Assembly (NCBI GenBank): GCA_038496445.1
Contig: JALMLS010000577.1
Location: 186,001-250,000 of the forward strand
Direction: 5' to 3'
Source of the DNA: Trichosphaerium sp. ATCC 40318
Taxonomy: Eukaryota > Protista > Tubulinea
Length of the DNA: 64,000 nt
Every line of letters begins with the position of its first letter. The first letter of the stretch is position 1. The translations under genes and the position numbers were made by a program. Positions 25,340-38,781 of this stretch are shown here, piece after piece. The notes below the pieces were generated by a model that was given only the letters and a program-made list of their open reading frames with translations, had not been told where the DNA came from and made no database searches.

Positions 25340-27913
25340 ATGCTCGCTTGTCCTCTTTGTGGTCGTGAGTTTGATAACTCAGCCATCGAGGCGCACGTTA
25401 ACGCGTGTTTGGACAGCCAACCCGCTGAACCAGTGTTTTCACCGCCTGTAGAGGTTAAAGAGGTCGTAGAGCCCTTTATTCCGCCAGAGATGATCTTTAC
25501 GTCCAAAACAAAAGAAGAGAGGTTAAAAGAAGAGCAAGAGAATGAAAGGTGCGTAACAATACCTAACGTCGTTCAATTCGTAATATTTCAGGTTGTTACT
25601 TGAATTTCTCGCCAATGAACAGAAACAGAAGGATAAATCTTCTGTGGCGACTCTGGAGTGTACAGCGTGCAAAAAACCGTTCAAAATACAAGAGATTTGG
25701 TTTCTAGGGGTACAAATGTTGACACTTTTATTGCTTTAACACAATCGCACATAAATGTTCTAACAATACCAAAGGGGTGCGATCACACAAGTTGCCGTGA
25801 ATGTAAGTAAAAGTTTCACAAAAAAAACGCCGCTAAATACTCCATAGGCATTCGAAACACTGTACTTAGTTATATGAATGGTAACGGCGGTGTTGGTGAA
25901 AGTCCATGCTGTATTACCTGCAATAAGCCGTTTTTAGAGTCAGACATAAAAGTACGCTCTTTTGTACGCTGTGCGAATCTAATTAGGCTTTTTCCAAAAA
26001 GAATGTACTATCAGAGGAAGAATTTAACAAATACGTCCAAAAGACGCTCGAAAAAGCCATCACTAATAACCACAACTTTATACAATGCCCCGTTGAGGTA
26101 CGAAACGTCAATCTTATTATTTTCGGTATAAGCGGACGAAAAGTGTTAAATCGTGATTCTGAGATGTATACCTAGGATTGTCAAACAGTATTTGAGCGTG
26201 TGACGTCAAAGCCTTTACCTTATAACCCAAAGGAACTGGTTGGTTCATAATATAAAAAGTATTCTTTAATTTCTATTAGGACAACAATGGCCAGCCCTTG
26301 TCTGTTCAAGCCTTCTCTCATAGGGAGAAGCATCGGTTTAGATGTACTGAATGCAAAGCCGCGTTTTGCAGTGAGTGCAAGGCAGTACCGTATCATCTTG
26401 GCTACACATGTGACACAGTACTGAACCGATCAAAACTTTTTTTTTATTTATTTATTTTTTGTGAAACTTTTGTTTATGTTACATGTTCTTAGCTTCGAAG
26501 ATCTTACTATTCATTTAGTTCAAGACATACGAGTCAGCTAGACATTGTATATACTGTGAAGTAGCATTAACACCTTCCAATACTGCTGGTGGACGATTAT
26601 GGGCAAATACTTTAAAGGATGTCTGCACAAGCAATGATTGCCTTGCACGCAGAAAAGTAGCGTGCCCTAAGCTATTAAAGTGTGGGCATCCATGCAAGAG
26701 TGTAAAAAATGCTCCGTGTTTTTGTTTCGATAAATCATGTGCTGAAGTATGGCGGATATATCAATTTATGGATTATTTAATTTATGAACTTGGTAGGATC
26801 GAGGACAAGGAGGGGATGATTTTTGTAATATATGTTGGGTTGAAGCTTTGGAAGCTGCACCTTGTATAAAATTGAAATGCGGTCATATATTTCACTATCA
26901 CTGCGTCAAGAAAAAGGTTGATGCAAAATGGTCAAGTGCTTATATTAGCTTCAAGTTTTTAGATTGTCCTTTATGTAATACAATGTACGTCCAACTCAGT
27001 GATCGTTAGATCGTTAATAATTGAGACATTTTTTAGAATGGAGCATAAGGCTTTAGATCCGTTGCTTAGGAATGATAGAAAGTTATTTAATCAAGTAAAG
27101 GTAACTTTTTTTGTTAGCAATGTTTTTCTCGTTTATTTCTTTTTTATTGACTTGTTTTGATCCTCCATAGGAAAAAGCAGTTAAACGGTTAAACTTCATG
27201 AATTTAACTAAAGCCGATGAGTTGGTTGATAAGAAATCAAAGTGGTTTGGTAAACCAGCAGAGTATGCAATGGCACGATTTTGTTATTATGTTTGGTGCG
27301 TGGTTTTGAGACTTGTTTTTCTTTTAATTTATGTTGATTTCTTGTTGTTGTGTTATGGTACTTATTATTTTGTAGTTACAAGTGCAAGGTAAGTACAATA
27401 TAAGATACTGTATTAGGTAGTTTAAAACGTTTCTAGCTTCCATACTTTGGCGGACAGAAGGCATGTGATGCTGAAGCTAGAGCACGTGAGTTTGACCCAA
27501 AAGAGTTGGTATGTCCGTCTTGTTGTGCTACAGGGAATTCAAAAGAAAAGTGCCCAATCCATGGCACAGATTTTATGTACGCTTTGTTATCAGTAGTTAG
27601 TAATCTTGGCATCTGACAATTAACCTAGAGAGTGGAAATGTAAATTTTGTTGTTGTACGTTGAAAACTTTCACTTTTTTTTTGCCTGGTGGCTTTGTTAC
27701 TGGCTACGTTAGCTAATTTCACATCAAGCAAACGCTGTTTGGTTTTGTTGGGGAACCACACATTTTTGTGACGAGTGTCACAAGAGCGCTGGAGAGATAG
27801 CTAAAAAGAAAAAACACCAACTTCCGCCCTGCAATTGTAAGCAGAAACATCCACCTAACGGTGAAGAATTTTGTCTTGGTTGTAGCCTGTGTAGGCTCAC
27901 GAAAGATTTCTAA
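25340..27913 (+). CDS. E3 ligase: UBZ finger + RING + IBR-like + MYCBP2/PHR-type RING-H2 and tandem-cysteine (RCR) module
   Basis: CPLC..IEAHVNACLD; HRFRCTEC..FCSECKAVPYHLGYTC; DDFCNICWVEALEAAPCIKLKCGHIFHYHC; CYKCKLPYFGGQKACDAE; CPIHG..WKCKFCC..WFCWGTTHFCDECH; HPPNGEEFCLGCSLC. Confidence 0.9.
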
Positions 27914-28164
27914 CATGTTAGTTATTGTACATAAAGAGTAAAGAACACAAAAAAGATTTTTTAAAGTCGGTGAGGCGGCTTAAATTCTAATTTGTTTAAG
28001 TCATATTTTTCAAACATCCGCATGTACGTAAAGCTTATCTTAGGGTTTTTCTGACACCAAACTAGTTAGGATATTAAGGAAGGATATAAAATATGTCTGG
28101 AGAAGGGTAAGCGTACAGATCTGTTTGTTTCCAACTTTTTCTCACTAAAAACGACAGAGATGCA

Positions 28165-28752
28165 ATGGAAGTTTCTGAGACTCAGGTCCAGGAAAATGTA
28201 GTCGAAGAACAAGAATTCGATGTTATCGCTGCCCTTAGAGAGGTCTTGAAGAAGGCTATCGTTCACGACGGTATCGTACGCGGTCTTCGCCAATGCGTAA
28301 AAGCTTTGGATCGCCGTGAGGCTCACTTGTGCATCCTCGCAAGTAACATCAAGGAAAAAGCCTACACCCAATTGGTTGAAGCCCTCTGCAACCAAAACGA
28401 AACCCTCCTCGTCAAGGTACAAAAAAAAAACCTAAACCGGTTTAAGTTTTATTGTTTAACGCCAAAACCCGTAAAATACAACTTGAGCGCAAGTTTTCGC
28501 GTATATATCCTCTAATTCCAGCACTTGAAAACATTTTTTTTCTTCTTTGTTGAATTCAACTCTAAATTCTTGTTTCAGGTCAAAGAAGACAAAGAGCTCG
28601 GCGAATGGGCTGGTTTGGCTCGCTACGACAAAGATGGTAAACCACGCAGGATCCAAAAATGTGGTATCGTCGTCATCCGCGATTACGGTGAACCTACCGC
28701 TGAGTTGGATGCTCTCTTGAAGCACTTTAAACAAGGTGGTGCCGCTATGTAA
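28165..28752 (+). CDS. RPS12: 40S ribosomal protein S12 (eS12)
   Basis: ALREVLKKAIVHDGIVRGLRQ..LVEALC..LGEWAGL..DGKPR..DYG; one intron. Confidence 0.97.
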
Positions 28753-29028
28753 GCACTTAACCCGTCTTGTTTGTTTTTTCCTCAGGAAGCAACGATACGA
28801 AAAATAACATCGAAATAAAAAAAGTTTTTCGACTACAAACAAATGTCTCACCTTAATTTTTATTGTGGTGCTTTCTGAAACGTTAGCCTGTGTGAAGAAC
28901 AATTTTACAACACGTGTTGTTTAAGTTGAGCACGTGACTGAGGTTGCTAGTTTGACGCGAAGTGTCGTGCTTGGATTAGTTTTGACTTGGGAGTTTTTTT
29001 TTTGGGTATCTACGGTCAACGCTGCACG

Positions 29029-30223
29029 ATGGACTTATTCCGTAAGGAACTACATCAACACCCGAACCTATCAAGTGACGAAGATGATACAGCTGCAATA
29101 ATAGTAAAAAAATTCAGTGGGTACAACCATAACAATGTTATTTGCGGTATTGGAGGTGCGGGTGTAGCTTTTGAATTTTATAGCGAACAGTACAAAAAAA
29201 GGCGAGGTGACAATCAAGAAATTGGACCAACAACGCTTATTCGATGCGAACTAGATGCGTTACCGATACAGGAGACAAATTCTTTCAAACATCGGTCAAT
29301 TATAGAAGGCGTTTCGCACAAATGTGGACACGATGGTCACATGGCAATAGTTACTTCAGTCGCTGAGTATTTGTCTGAACATCCACCACTGACAGGCCGT
29401 GTTGTGTTGCTGTTTCAACCAGCAGAGGAGACTGGAAGGGGCGCTACAAGTGTAGTGAACGACAAAGCGTTTAATGAAATACGACCTGATTTTACTTTTG
29501 CTCTTCATAACTTACCAGGAAAACCACTTGGACACGTGTTTGTTAAACCAGGGCTATTCAATTATGCCTCAAGGGGACTTATTGTCACTCTCAAGGGATT
29601 AGAATCTCATGCCGCGCATCCTGAGGATGGATTGAGTCCAGCAACAGCGATGTGTCGAATCATTGAGAAGCTTCCAAAGATAGCAAAGTCAATCGCTGGT
29701 TTCAATATGGTGACAATAATTTCAGCAAAACTAGGAGAACCTAACTTTGGTACGGCACCCGGAGACGCTTCTGTAATGGCAACACTCCGTACTACATCTA
29801 ATGAAGCTATGGAAAACTTGGCAAAATTATCTGTTGCAATGGCTAAGGAAGAAGCGCAACGAGAGAAATTAAGCATAGAAGTTTCATGGACTGATGATTT
29901 TTCAACTTGCAGGTGCGATTACTTCATGTCGTATGTTTGTTTTATTGACGCTGCGTAGCAATACCAAGATTGGTAGCGACCACGTGGTGAGTGCATGCGA
30001 AAAACTTGGAATCACGTGTACTGTACCTAATGATGGTTACCGTTGGTCAGAGGATTTTGGCAGAATTTTAGAATCATCAAAGGATGGTGCTATGTTCACA
30101 CTCGGCGCAGGTGTTGATACTCCCCAGTTGCACCGTCCTTCGTATGACTTTCCTGATGCATTGATACCTATTGGAGCGTCCATATTTGTTCAACTCATTA
30201 GACAGTGTAATAAATTTGCTTGA
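29029..30223 (+). CDS. M20D-family amidohydrolase (bacterial type), one intron
   Basis: RKELHQHP, RCELDALP, HKCGHDGH, FQPAEE, ALHNLP, SHAAHP, SEDFG, LHRPSYDFPD. Confidence 0.92.
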
Positions 30224-30483
30224 TTACTAGAACGAGAACAAAACAACAGCTGAAAACACAACCTTTCATAAAAAGTTCGATACTTCACAATTTTTTTAAA
30301 CGACCTTCATTGCTACTTTTGGACCAAGCGTTTGTTTGTTTTCTTACATACAAATGCGCAAGTGCTTGATATTAAGCGCTAGTCCACTCTGACATGAAAA
30401 GTATAAAGATTTTGGTCGGTTGTAGTCTGAAAATCACGTGATGATAAAGTCAATGGTAATCTCGCGTTTGCAGAATTGTCAAG

Positions 30484-33110
30484 ATGACGGTTAGCACTCC
30501 CTTTCTTTTTATTTGAAAAAACTAATTACGCTTTTCTCAGACAAGGATTGTATCAAACAGACCAAACAATAGCCCAAAAGTTACAGCAGCAGTAGCAAAC
30601 GAAAAGTCACTACTAATACAACAAACTGGGACACGTACATTTGTCCCTGATGCACCTATAGCGCGTTTGATGTAAGCTTAATTTGCTTGTAACTGATCTT
30701 TCGTAACCCAGTTCCCTAGGTACTACTTGGATTGCATTAACAGCTGTCTAGTTGGTTTCCAACCGAGTACGAACTCTTTTTTGGAGTCAAAAAACTAGAA
30801 GTTAACTTATGATTTTTCTCACAAATGCAGGTCCTCAGTGGAGAACTCTAATTGACTACCGCAATCATCATAGGTTATCTCCTTCTGGAGTACGTATATG
30901 ACTGGGACCAGACATTACTGAATTCACAATTTAACATAGAGAAAAATTGTTATCGGCTTGTGTAAACTCTTGACGCCAACCTTGTTGAATGGTATGTTCA
31001 CTTGAAAAAGAAGTCGACAATTCAAAAAAAAGTTGTTTTCCTTCACTTTAAAAAATCTTGTCTTCACACGTGCTAGGGAGTGTTGTTTTCGTCGTTCCGA
31101 ATTCATTTAGGCTAAGGAGTGATGCTGATAATTCATTTTTGAGTATTACTGAAGCACATTCAGTATTAGCCGCGGCAAATGTAAGGAATCAAGATATTAA
31201 TGAGACCTTTGCTTTTAAAGCAGAACGTATTCGGGTAACAAAGGTTCTGTTGTGCAAACCAAAGTGGATTGAAAAGCATTACACTAAACCGCTATTGGAC
31301 ATATACCTGGCATCACGTACTTGGACGTAAGTAAATGACGATAAAAACGAGAAAAACATTTCTAACTTTCTTTTTTTTTTTTCAGTGATTCCAAGTGCTG
31401 TTGTATCTCAAAGGTGTTATGTGGACTAATATTGTTACTTTGCATCATATTCATAGCTACTTTTATTGCATTGGCTCTTGGTAAAACGAAATGTATTATT
31501 GCTGGTACGTGCAACCACTAATATCACGTGCAAAGAAATATGAGATACTGATTTGAGTAGCTTTCGATTCGCACATAGGATGGTCAGCTTATGATGTAAT
31601 ATCAGGCGATACGCTATACAACAGTGATCTTCCGGGTTCAGCCGACTCCATTTTTCTACTGAAAGACTCAATGTATATACCTGGGCTCAAGGTGCTCAGT
31701 TTTACACTTCTGTTTTCGTTCTTTTACTTACAGTCTTAAGGGTGATATCGACATCAAGACAGTTATATGGAAGAGACTTGTTAATAACTGGATGTTCGAA
31801 AAAAACACCGAAGTAGCTGTACGTCTAGTAATTTATGAAATAAGTTTGTCCATCGTGCGTGTCAACAAAGTAAACTTGTCAGGTTTCTAAAAAAGTAGTT
31901 TTTGGTTTTACTGGCAGGAATTTACTTCGATTGACACGTGCAATATCCGACTAAGTGATGTCTGACACCAGTGTAGAGTTTTAAAGGTGGAGTTGATTCC
32001 ATGGGTATGTATATGGCAACGAACGACGATCATCTCTACGCAGTAATTCAAAATGAGCCAATTACTTCCCCGACATTCTACGACATCTATGAAACTGATA
32101 CCTGGTTAAGTGTTGTAAAGGAGGATACTAAATTCGTGAATGTTCAGGCGACAAATAAATACGTGTACCTGCTTTTTGAGGAGCTTATGCACATTTACAC
32201 AATAGCTACAGGTAACAAATACACACCTACTTTGCTGTTAACTACTTATAGGCGAGTGGCTTGAGGTTGACTATCTTCAGTTTTGTTTATCAGATTCTAA
32301 CTACCTGGCCACTCGTGTGACTGATGATGATGGGGAAGATATGTTAATAGTTGGTTACAACTACGAAGATGCATCAAACACAAAACTGGCACTAATAAAG
32401 ATTTCCTACAACGTGACAACGATGCTGACGTAACCCGAAATATATCTCAGCTCTTCTTACCATTTTGTTTTAGCGTCGATCCGGATATCAAGCCTAATGT
32501 GGTGGCTCTATCTGGTCATACTTACGACAACGGACTCCACTATGCTTGGTGTGACTTAGACATTGTCGGTCGGTCTCATGGGTGCTTCATAGGGTACATG
32601 AAGCGTGATAATGAAAGTAAGCAGCAATCAGTAGTTCCTGTTTTGTTCATGCTTGCTTGCAGCGTATTCTTTCAAAAACGATGAGTCATTTAAGGCTATA
32701 TCAACTCATCAAGACAATGTAAACAGCTTAGATTACAGCGATAATTGTGGTGCGCAAACATACAAAAGTTTGATATCGTCCAACACCTAATTCTTATTAT
32801 TTTTAGCAAAGTATGCTGCTGTTAATACTATCTACATGGTTGGAATAATAGGATTGTCTTCATTTTGTTTCTTATGTATTTGTTGCGTATGTTGTGGGTA
32901 TTGCACTTTCAAGAAAAAAAAGAACTCGTATCGCCGAGTATGACTCATTTCTGTACGATAGCACAACAGATTAATATCTGGACAAGCGTGCTTTTTATTC
33001 TATCTCAACACACTAACTACTCATTAGATTTGTATCATACGCTTTTGTTATGGTCGCGCTGATACAGATTTTAAAATGGTAATGAAGTACTTACTTTTTC
33101 GTGGAACTAA
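30484..33110 (+). CDS. Uncharacterised multi-exon membrane protein (N-terminal globular domain, two TM helices flanking a beta-rich ectodomain); end approximate
   Basis: FVPDAPIARLMYYLDCI..LIDYRNH..; TM1 preceded by KCCC; TM2 IYMVGIIGLSSFCFLCICCVCCGYC followed by KKKK. Confidence 0.55.
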
Positions 33111-33287
33111 ACAACAAATAAAAGTTTGAAATAAAACCCAAGAAATTTATTATTCAATTCACTGTTAAAAATTCACAAAGTTGGGATGATTTACCAGTTG
33201 ACCACATATATACATTCTGACGCTTTGCATTTGTATTGCTTCCGTCAATACTATACCTTGTGCCGTTTTTCTAGTCGATAATATATT

Positions 33288-33905
33288 CTACCGAAAGTCC
33301 AATGCCTTCTCAATCCAATGCTGGTTTATATTGCTTTTTTTGGTTCCAACAATGTTCACATTTTGTCCTACTCCTCCAGTTGGTAACGAGTATCCTGTTC
33401 GTTTTTTGTTGAGCATCTGATATTTAGGCTTTTTGTAGACATCTATAGAGGTATCCTTTTCCGAGACAGCATTGTCACATTTCGTCATGTACACTAAAGA
33501 GCAACTCTCCCATGTCAGGTTCGTCAGATACCTAAACACCGGATAAAAACTGTACGTTATTGTCATTATTTCCACTGAAGGAGTCCAGTAGTTTTCGTCC
33601 TCCTTTGATTGCTTAAAGTCATCAAAACCTAATTCTTTTTGAAACCCATGAAAATGCCTCAAGCGATGGTTGCCTTCTACCACCGGTATACAATAAACAT
33701 CCCCGTATGACATAAAGGATTCTAATGGAGTGAAAACCAATAATCTCTCTTACGATGTTCATAAAGATTCAAGAGGTACAATGTATCGCGCAGAGATCAA
33801 TATCGCATAACTCAGAGCATATTTTAGCTGGTAGATAATGACTCGAATCTTCCTTTCGCGCATCGTCTTTAGGTCCGTCTGCGCGATTGTTAATTTGTGT
33901 GCCAT
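33288..33905 (-). CDS. Hypothetical protein
   Basis: 150-codon ORF 33288-33740 plus a plausible upstream exon from ATG 33905; no family recognised. Confidence 0.4.
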
Positions 33906-34223
33906 GGCCGTTTGACGATTGCTACAAAAGGAGTCGAGTTTTCTACAATACAGATCAGTCGCGAAACAATTGGGATTACATTGTTAAACGTGGTGCGCAC
34001 CCAGCGGTATTCGTTTGGCGAATAGTGGTGAAAACCACTTTTTTTTTTTTCTCGGTTTTGGTTGTAAATAAAAGTTGGTTGTCGCTTTCATCTCCCAGAT
34101 CCATCAGTAATTTCCTACTTTACTTTCATATAAATAAAATAACGGGCTTCGGTCTATGGATCTTTTTGTTTGTGCTGTGCGGACTTGTTTTTTTTCTTCC
34201 AATCTGATTTAAGCGGCTATCAC

Positions 34224-34981
34224 ATGGCAACACGTCCAAAACCGTTTTACAAACACTTTTTGACTATCCCTACGCGATGGGGTGATAATGACGTGCGTTT
34301 TAAACTCTGTAACAGTGTTAAAATACCTACAATAGCTATTTAGATGTATGGCCATGTCAATAACGTACGACTGCGCTTTCTTATGTTTATAAACCGTTTA
34401 ACAGATCGTTTACTATTCTTGGTTTGACACAGTTATAAACGAGTTCTTAATCACATCAGGAGGTCTAAATCCTGTAAAAGACAAGGTACAAATAAATTCC
34501 AACGAAACATTCAACGGTTAAACATTATGGCCCTAAAAACAGTGTAGATAGTTGGATTTTGCGTGGATTCATCCTGTAAGGTGCGGAAGAAGTATAATTG
34601 ATGAGGTGTTCAATCAATTTATTCTAAACAACTCCTAGTTTTATAAACCAGTCTCATTCCCAGCTATCGTGTCTGCTGGCCTATCTGTTGTTAAGATTGG
34701 TACTAGTAGTGTGACATATGAAGGCACGTTAGCAATTATTGATTTGTTTTAATTTGCCTTTCAACTTACTTTTTTTTTGTGACAGTGGGCATATATGAAG
34801 GGGATGGTATGTTCTACATAATTTGTCGAATAATGTTTACTTTTTTTTAGGAGCATACTGTAACGCTCAAGGCACATTTGTTCACGTTTTTGTTGATAAG
34901 ACTACACAACGTCCAGTCGCTGTACCAGCACAGATAAAAGCTGCTTTGGATAATATTTATGTGAGACAAGCTTTGTTGTAG
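34224..34981 (+). CDS. Hot-dog acyl-CoA thioesterase (4HBT/YbgC-like), multi-exon
   Basis: IPTRWGDNDMYGHVNN..YYSWFDTVIN..KIGTSSVTYE..GTFVHVFVD..RPV. Confidence 0.9.
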
Positions 34982-35230
34982 TAGAGTGCATGCACCATAC
35001 TCATCTACAATTTGTACAGCCAGATGTTTGTATCTCCTAGACCAGCTTCCCATGTTTTTTTTTACATATTTTCCGCTGATACTCCACGAGTACAGAATAA
35101 ACCATTGTGGAGAAACATTTACAACGGCTACTGAATTTATATTACTTTCTGAAGTTAACTTTTTCTTACTCAAAAGTGAAATGATAGAAGGAACAATATA
35201 AAATACAAAATATACGTTTTATTTTCATAT

Positions 35231-37385
35231 CTACAACCCCATTAACTTTACAGCTGCTTCCAAAATACCTAAATATGTATTAGAATGAATCATACTTAAA
35301 AAATTGTAGACACGTGCCTTTACGAAGTACTTGCAACTCTTCTTTATCTTTTTTTTGTTGTAAACTTAGCTCAACCAACTGCGTACTTAACCCTTCTATC
35401 ATGCTCTGAAAGTCTTTTTTTTGCTCTTCTAGAGTTTGTTTCAATTCAGCATTGTCTTTAGCAAGCATAGCTGCTATACGTTGAAGGTGCTTTGTCTGCT
35501 TTCCTTGATCTCTAAGCTTCTTTTTTGAAACAGCGTAGCTCCCAAGTTTTTGTTGTATTTCGTCTACTTTTGTAATTTCCATTGTATTTGCCTTGATTGC
35601 CTTTAACTCTCCCTCAACTTCAGACAAGCGCGTTTCGTATTTTTCTATTGTTTCTACTAGCCGGGTATTTTCTTTACGAACATGTAACAGCTCATCGCGC
35701 TGTGACTTGAAAAGCTGCTGAAAATATTCACCTTGGTGTTTGCTTTGCTTCTCATATTCTCCTCTATCTATTAGATCAAACGCCATTCTACTCTTCTTTC
35801 CCGTTGCTATTTCAACCACTGATAACTTACTAGAAGTACCAGCTCCAGTAACAGTACAAGACCGCGTTCTACCAGGAGAAGGAAACTGGCAAACAGTTAA
35901 AACCGCAAAGAAAAAATATCCCAAAACAAATAAAACTTACTGGATGCCATTGCTTCATAGGATACTCGAAATGTTTGGATTTTATCAACGGCATTTTCTA
36001 GAAATAAAAGCTGTCAATATCCGCACAAATGTGCAACGTAATTTTGATGTTATAGATACCTCTATGGGCTGTATTCGCGGAATGTGCAAAAGCGCAAAAG
36101 TGCTTCTGTCGAACACATACACAGATTTTTTATTGCTGCATATCCCACCAAGATTATTGTGCCTGAGTAAAACATTAAATTACAATACTGCATATCACAC
36201 GTGATTACAAAAAAAGCGTACTTTTCAGGTAATGCTAAGCGACTAAGCTCCAAGTTTGCCATATTCACTTTGAAGATATTGTTACTCTTTGATAGAGATA
36301 TGAATAGGTGGTTGTCATTTTTAGAATAGCTGAGACGCATCCAATGATCTATGTCGTCGTGTACATCAAGCAAAGTTCTTTGTTCGCGGCTTGAAAAGTC
36401 TGCAATAACAACACGACTTGAAAAAGGTGGGACGACAGTACATAGAGATATTGCTGCCCTGTGAGTTGATGTGAATTCAATATCTATAGGCCACCATCCA
36501 GAAAATTCAAGGACTCTCTCTGGTAGACAGTGTTTCTTTTTTGAAGACATCTTGTAAATACCGTCTTCACAACATACAAATACATCGCCCTTGTCGTTAA
36601 CATCGAGACCCATTGGATCGCTTAGTTTTGAACTCAAAGACTCAGAAGTCTTTTTTTCGCTTCGTAAATAACATTAAAACAAAAAAAAAAGTCTGAAAAA
36701 GCCTCCAAATATGATTCACGTGCTAGAAAGCGACACAAACAAACCATAAAAATGTACCTATTGACTCGGTTGACTTGTCCTCCTATGTACATGGAATCAC
36801 TGACTATTAATTCAGTGGTCTTTTCATGATGAAATAGTCCCCAAGGCTATTTAAATAATTACTGAAAATAATACAGACGGCCGTCAAATTAAAAAAGAAA
36901 ACAAAAAAAAAAAGTTCACGAGGCATTTTTAGTGCTTGTTTTTTTTGGTTTATAATTCGGTCCTAAGTACCTGAATGATGTTGAACGCTTTAGTATTCAT
37001 AGTAGACAGGTTATGAGTCTTGATGTCCAGAAGAAACAAAGCTCCATTCCCGTAGTCGCTGCCGAGAACCTACACAAACAACGTGAATACGACTGTGAGC
37101 ACAATAGATAAATATAATTTCAATGTGAGCACTTATTTTGTAAAACAATACTCACGATGTACAAACACACGTGATTTTTCTCCGGGAGAACGTAATGCGT
37201 GCCTTTGAGTCGTTTTCAACAAGCACCAAGTCCTGTACATTGCCTAATTGCGATTCAACGGCAGGGCCGTCTCTAGAGCCTCTCCCATTGCCTCCAGCAA
37301 TCAATTCTACAGTTACGCTGTACTGGTGACCCAGTTTTGGTCTAGAAGCCCCAAGCTTTGTCTTAAAGGAAATCCTCTCCGCCAT
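35231..37385 (-). CDS. NHL-repeat/beta-propeller protein with C-terminal coiled coil
   Basis: IAGGNGRGSRDGPAVESQL and LSDPMGLDVNDKGDVFV are NHL-type motifs; heptad-rich 35320-35720; stop TAG at 35231. Confidence 0.68.
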
Positions 37386-37786
37386 ACTTAATTATAAATC
37401 AGAAGTACGGTATGCTTGGTACAAACTTGTAGTAAATTTCGTTCAGCACGAAATATCGCCTATTTTCAACATAGTTAAAAGTACCCAAACACCATTTTAA
37501 GTAAAAGGCGGTGCTACATGTGCACGTGATGTAGAGTATAGTAAATAGTTACGGGTTATTTAAAATACGGCATTACTACTGATTGTGCATCCAACTATGA
37601 AGTTATTTTGACTGACATTTTAGTGTACTTCGAGACACGAGGTCTGACAAAGTTTTAGGGTAAATTTCTTTATACACCACGTTGAGTAGGTAGAGTGAGG
37701 GATTAATTATTACATTGTAAGGTTATTTATTGTTCGTATAGATGTATACCAAGCAAGCCATGTAGTGCACTAAAATTGTAAGGTAT

Positions 37787-38781
37787 TTATGATGATTTGG
37801 CTAATTCTTCACATCGTTTATGTATCTCAACATATCCAACGTCAGATGAAGGAGAAGGGATGTCCCAAACCAAATTTTGTGATTTGTAAAAATCAAGAAT
37901 AGGTTTAAGATTTTCATTAAATTTCTTCAAACGTTCTGTAACGCTCTCAACAGTATCATCGTCACGCTGTACTAGTGGTTCTCCAGTAACATCATCAAAC
38001 CCAGCTTTCTTTGGAGGGCTGTATGTAGTGTGGTAAGTCCTACCAGAAGCTGCGTGAATCCATCTATCTAACAAGAATTGGTTGGTGAAAAAACATAGGT
38101 AGGAAATGTAGAAAAACATTTCACGTTTAGTGTCACCAACAGCAATATAGCTGGCACGAGCACGAGAAGATTTCATTACCATGGACGGTGAATTGGAATG
38201 CTCATCAATTGTAGTGTTACGTACTAGTGATCCTTTCAATGATGACATCTTGTGGGCAATTAATGTATACCACAGCTGATAATGGCTGCGTCAGTTCCTC
38301 CAAGAGTCCGTGGAAACCAGTTGCTTGCTCTAGAGTACGAGGATAGCCGTCCATGATCCACTATAAAGAGTAATTAATCCGAAAATTGATCATCGTTTTT
38401 GTACTTTGGACTTGGAAGCCAGGTTGTTTTTTACAAGTCCAATCATTGTTGGTGCGTCCATTAATTCGCCACGATTAATGATGCCTGCTGCTCTCTTGCC
38501 AAGGGTGGTTCCAGCAGCGATCTCTGACCTTAAAATATCGCCTGTTGAAAGGTGGTCCAATTTGAAGTCTTTGTTTAGCTTCTTTGCCTGTGTACCTTTA
38601 CCAGAGCCCTAAATAAAACGTAAACCGATTTTTAGTAGTAACCGCTTATAACGCGTACAGGAGCTCCAAAAATCACTAAGCGCATAGCAGATGATGGAGT
38701 AGTGTGAAAAGAACGTTGCGCAAGCGCTTTCGGTTTATTTGCTCGTGATACTCTAGCGTACGTTCGTGTAGTTGCTAACAT
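37787..38781 (-). CDS. AK3: Mitochondrial GTP:AMP phosphotransferase / adenylate kinase 3
   Basis: Basic presequence; GAPGSGKGT, STGDILR, DGYPRT, RWIHAASGRTY, DDVTGEPLVQRDDD. Confidence 0.9.

Noticed and set aside
21672-35966. Other GTATCCT matches (near 21672, 33451, 35959) as U12 donors
   Set aside because: They lie inside open coding exons or on the non-coding strand, with no matching branch point
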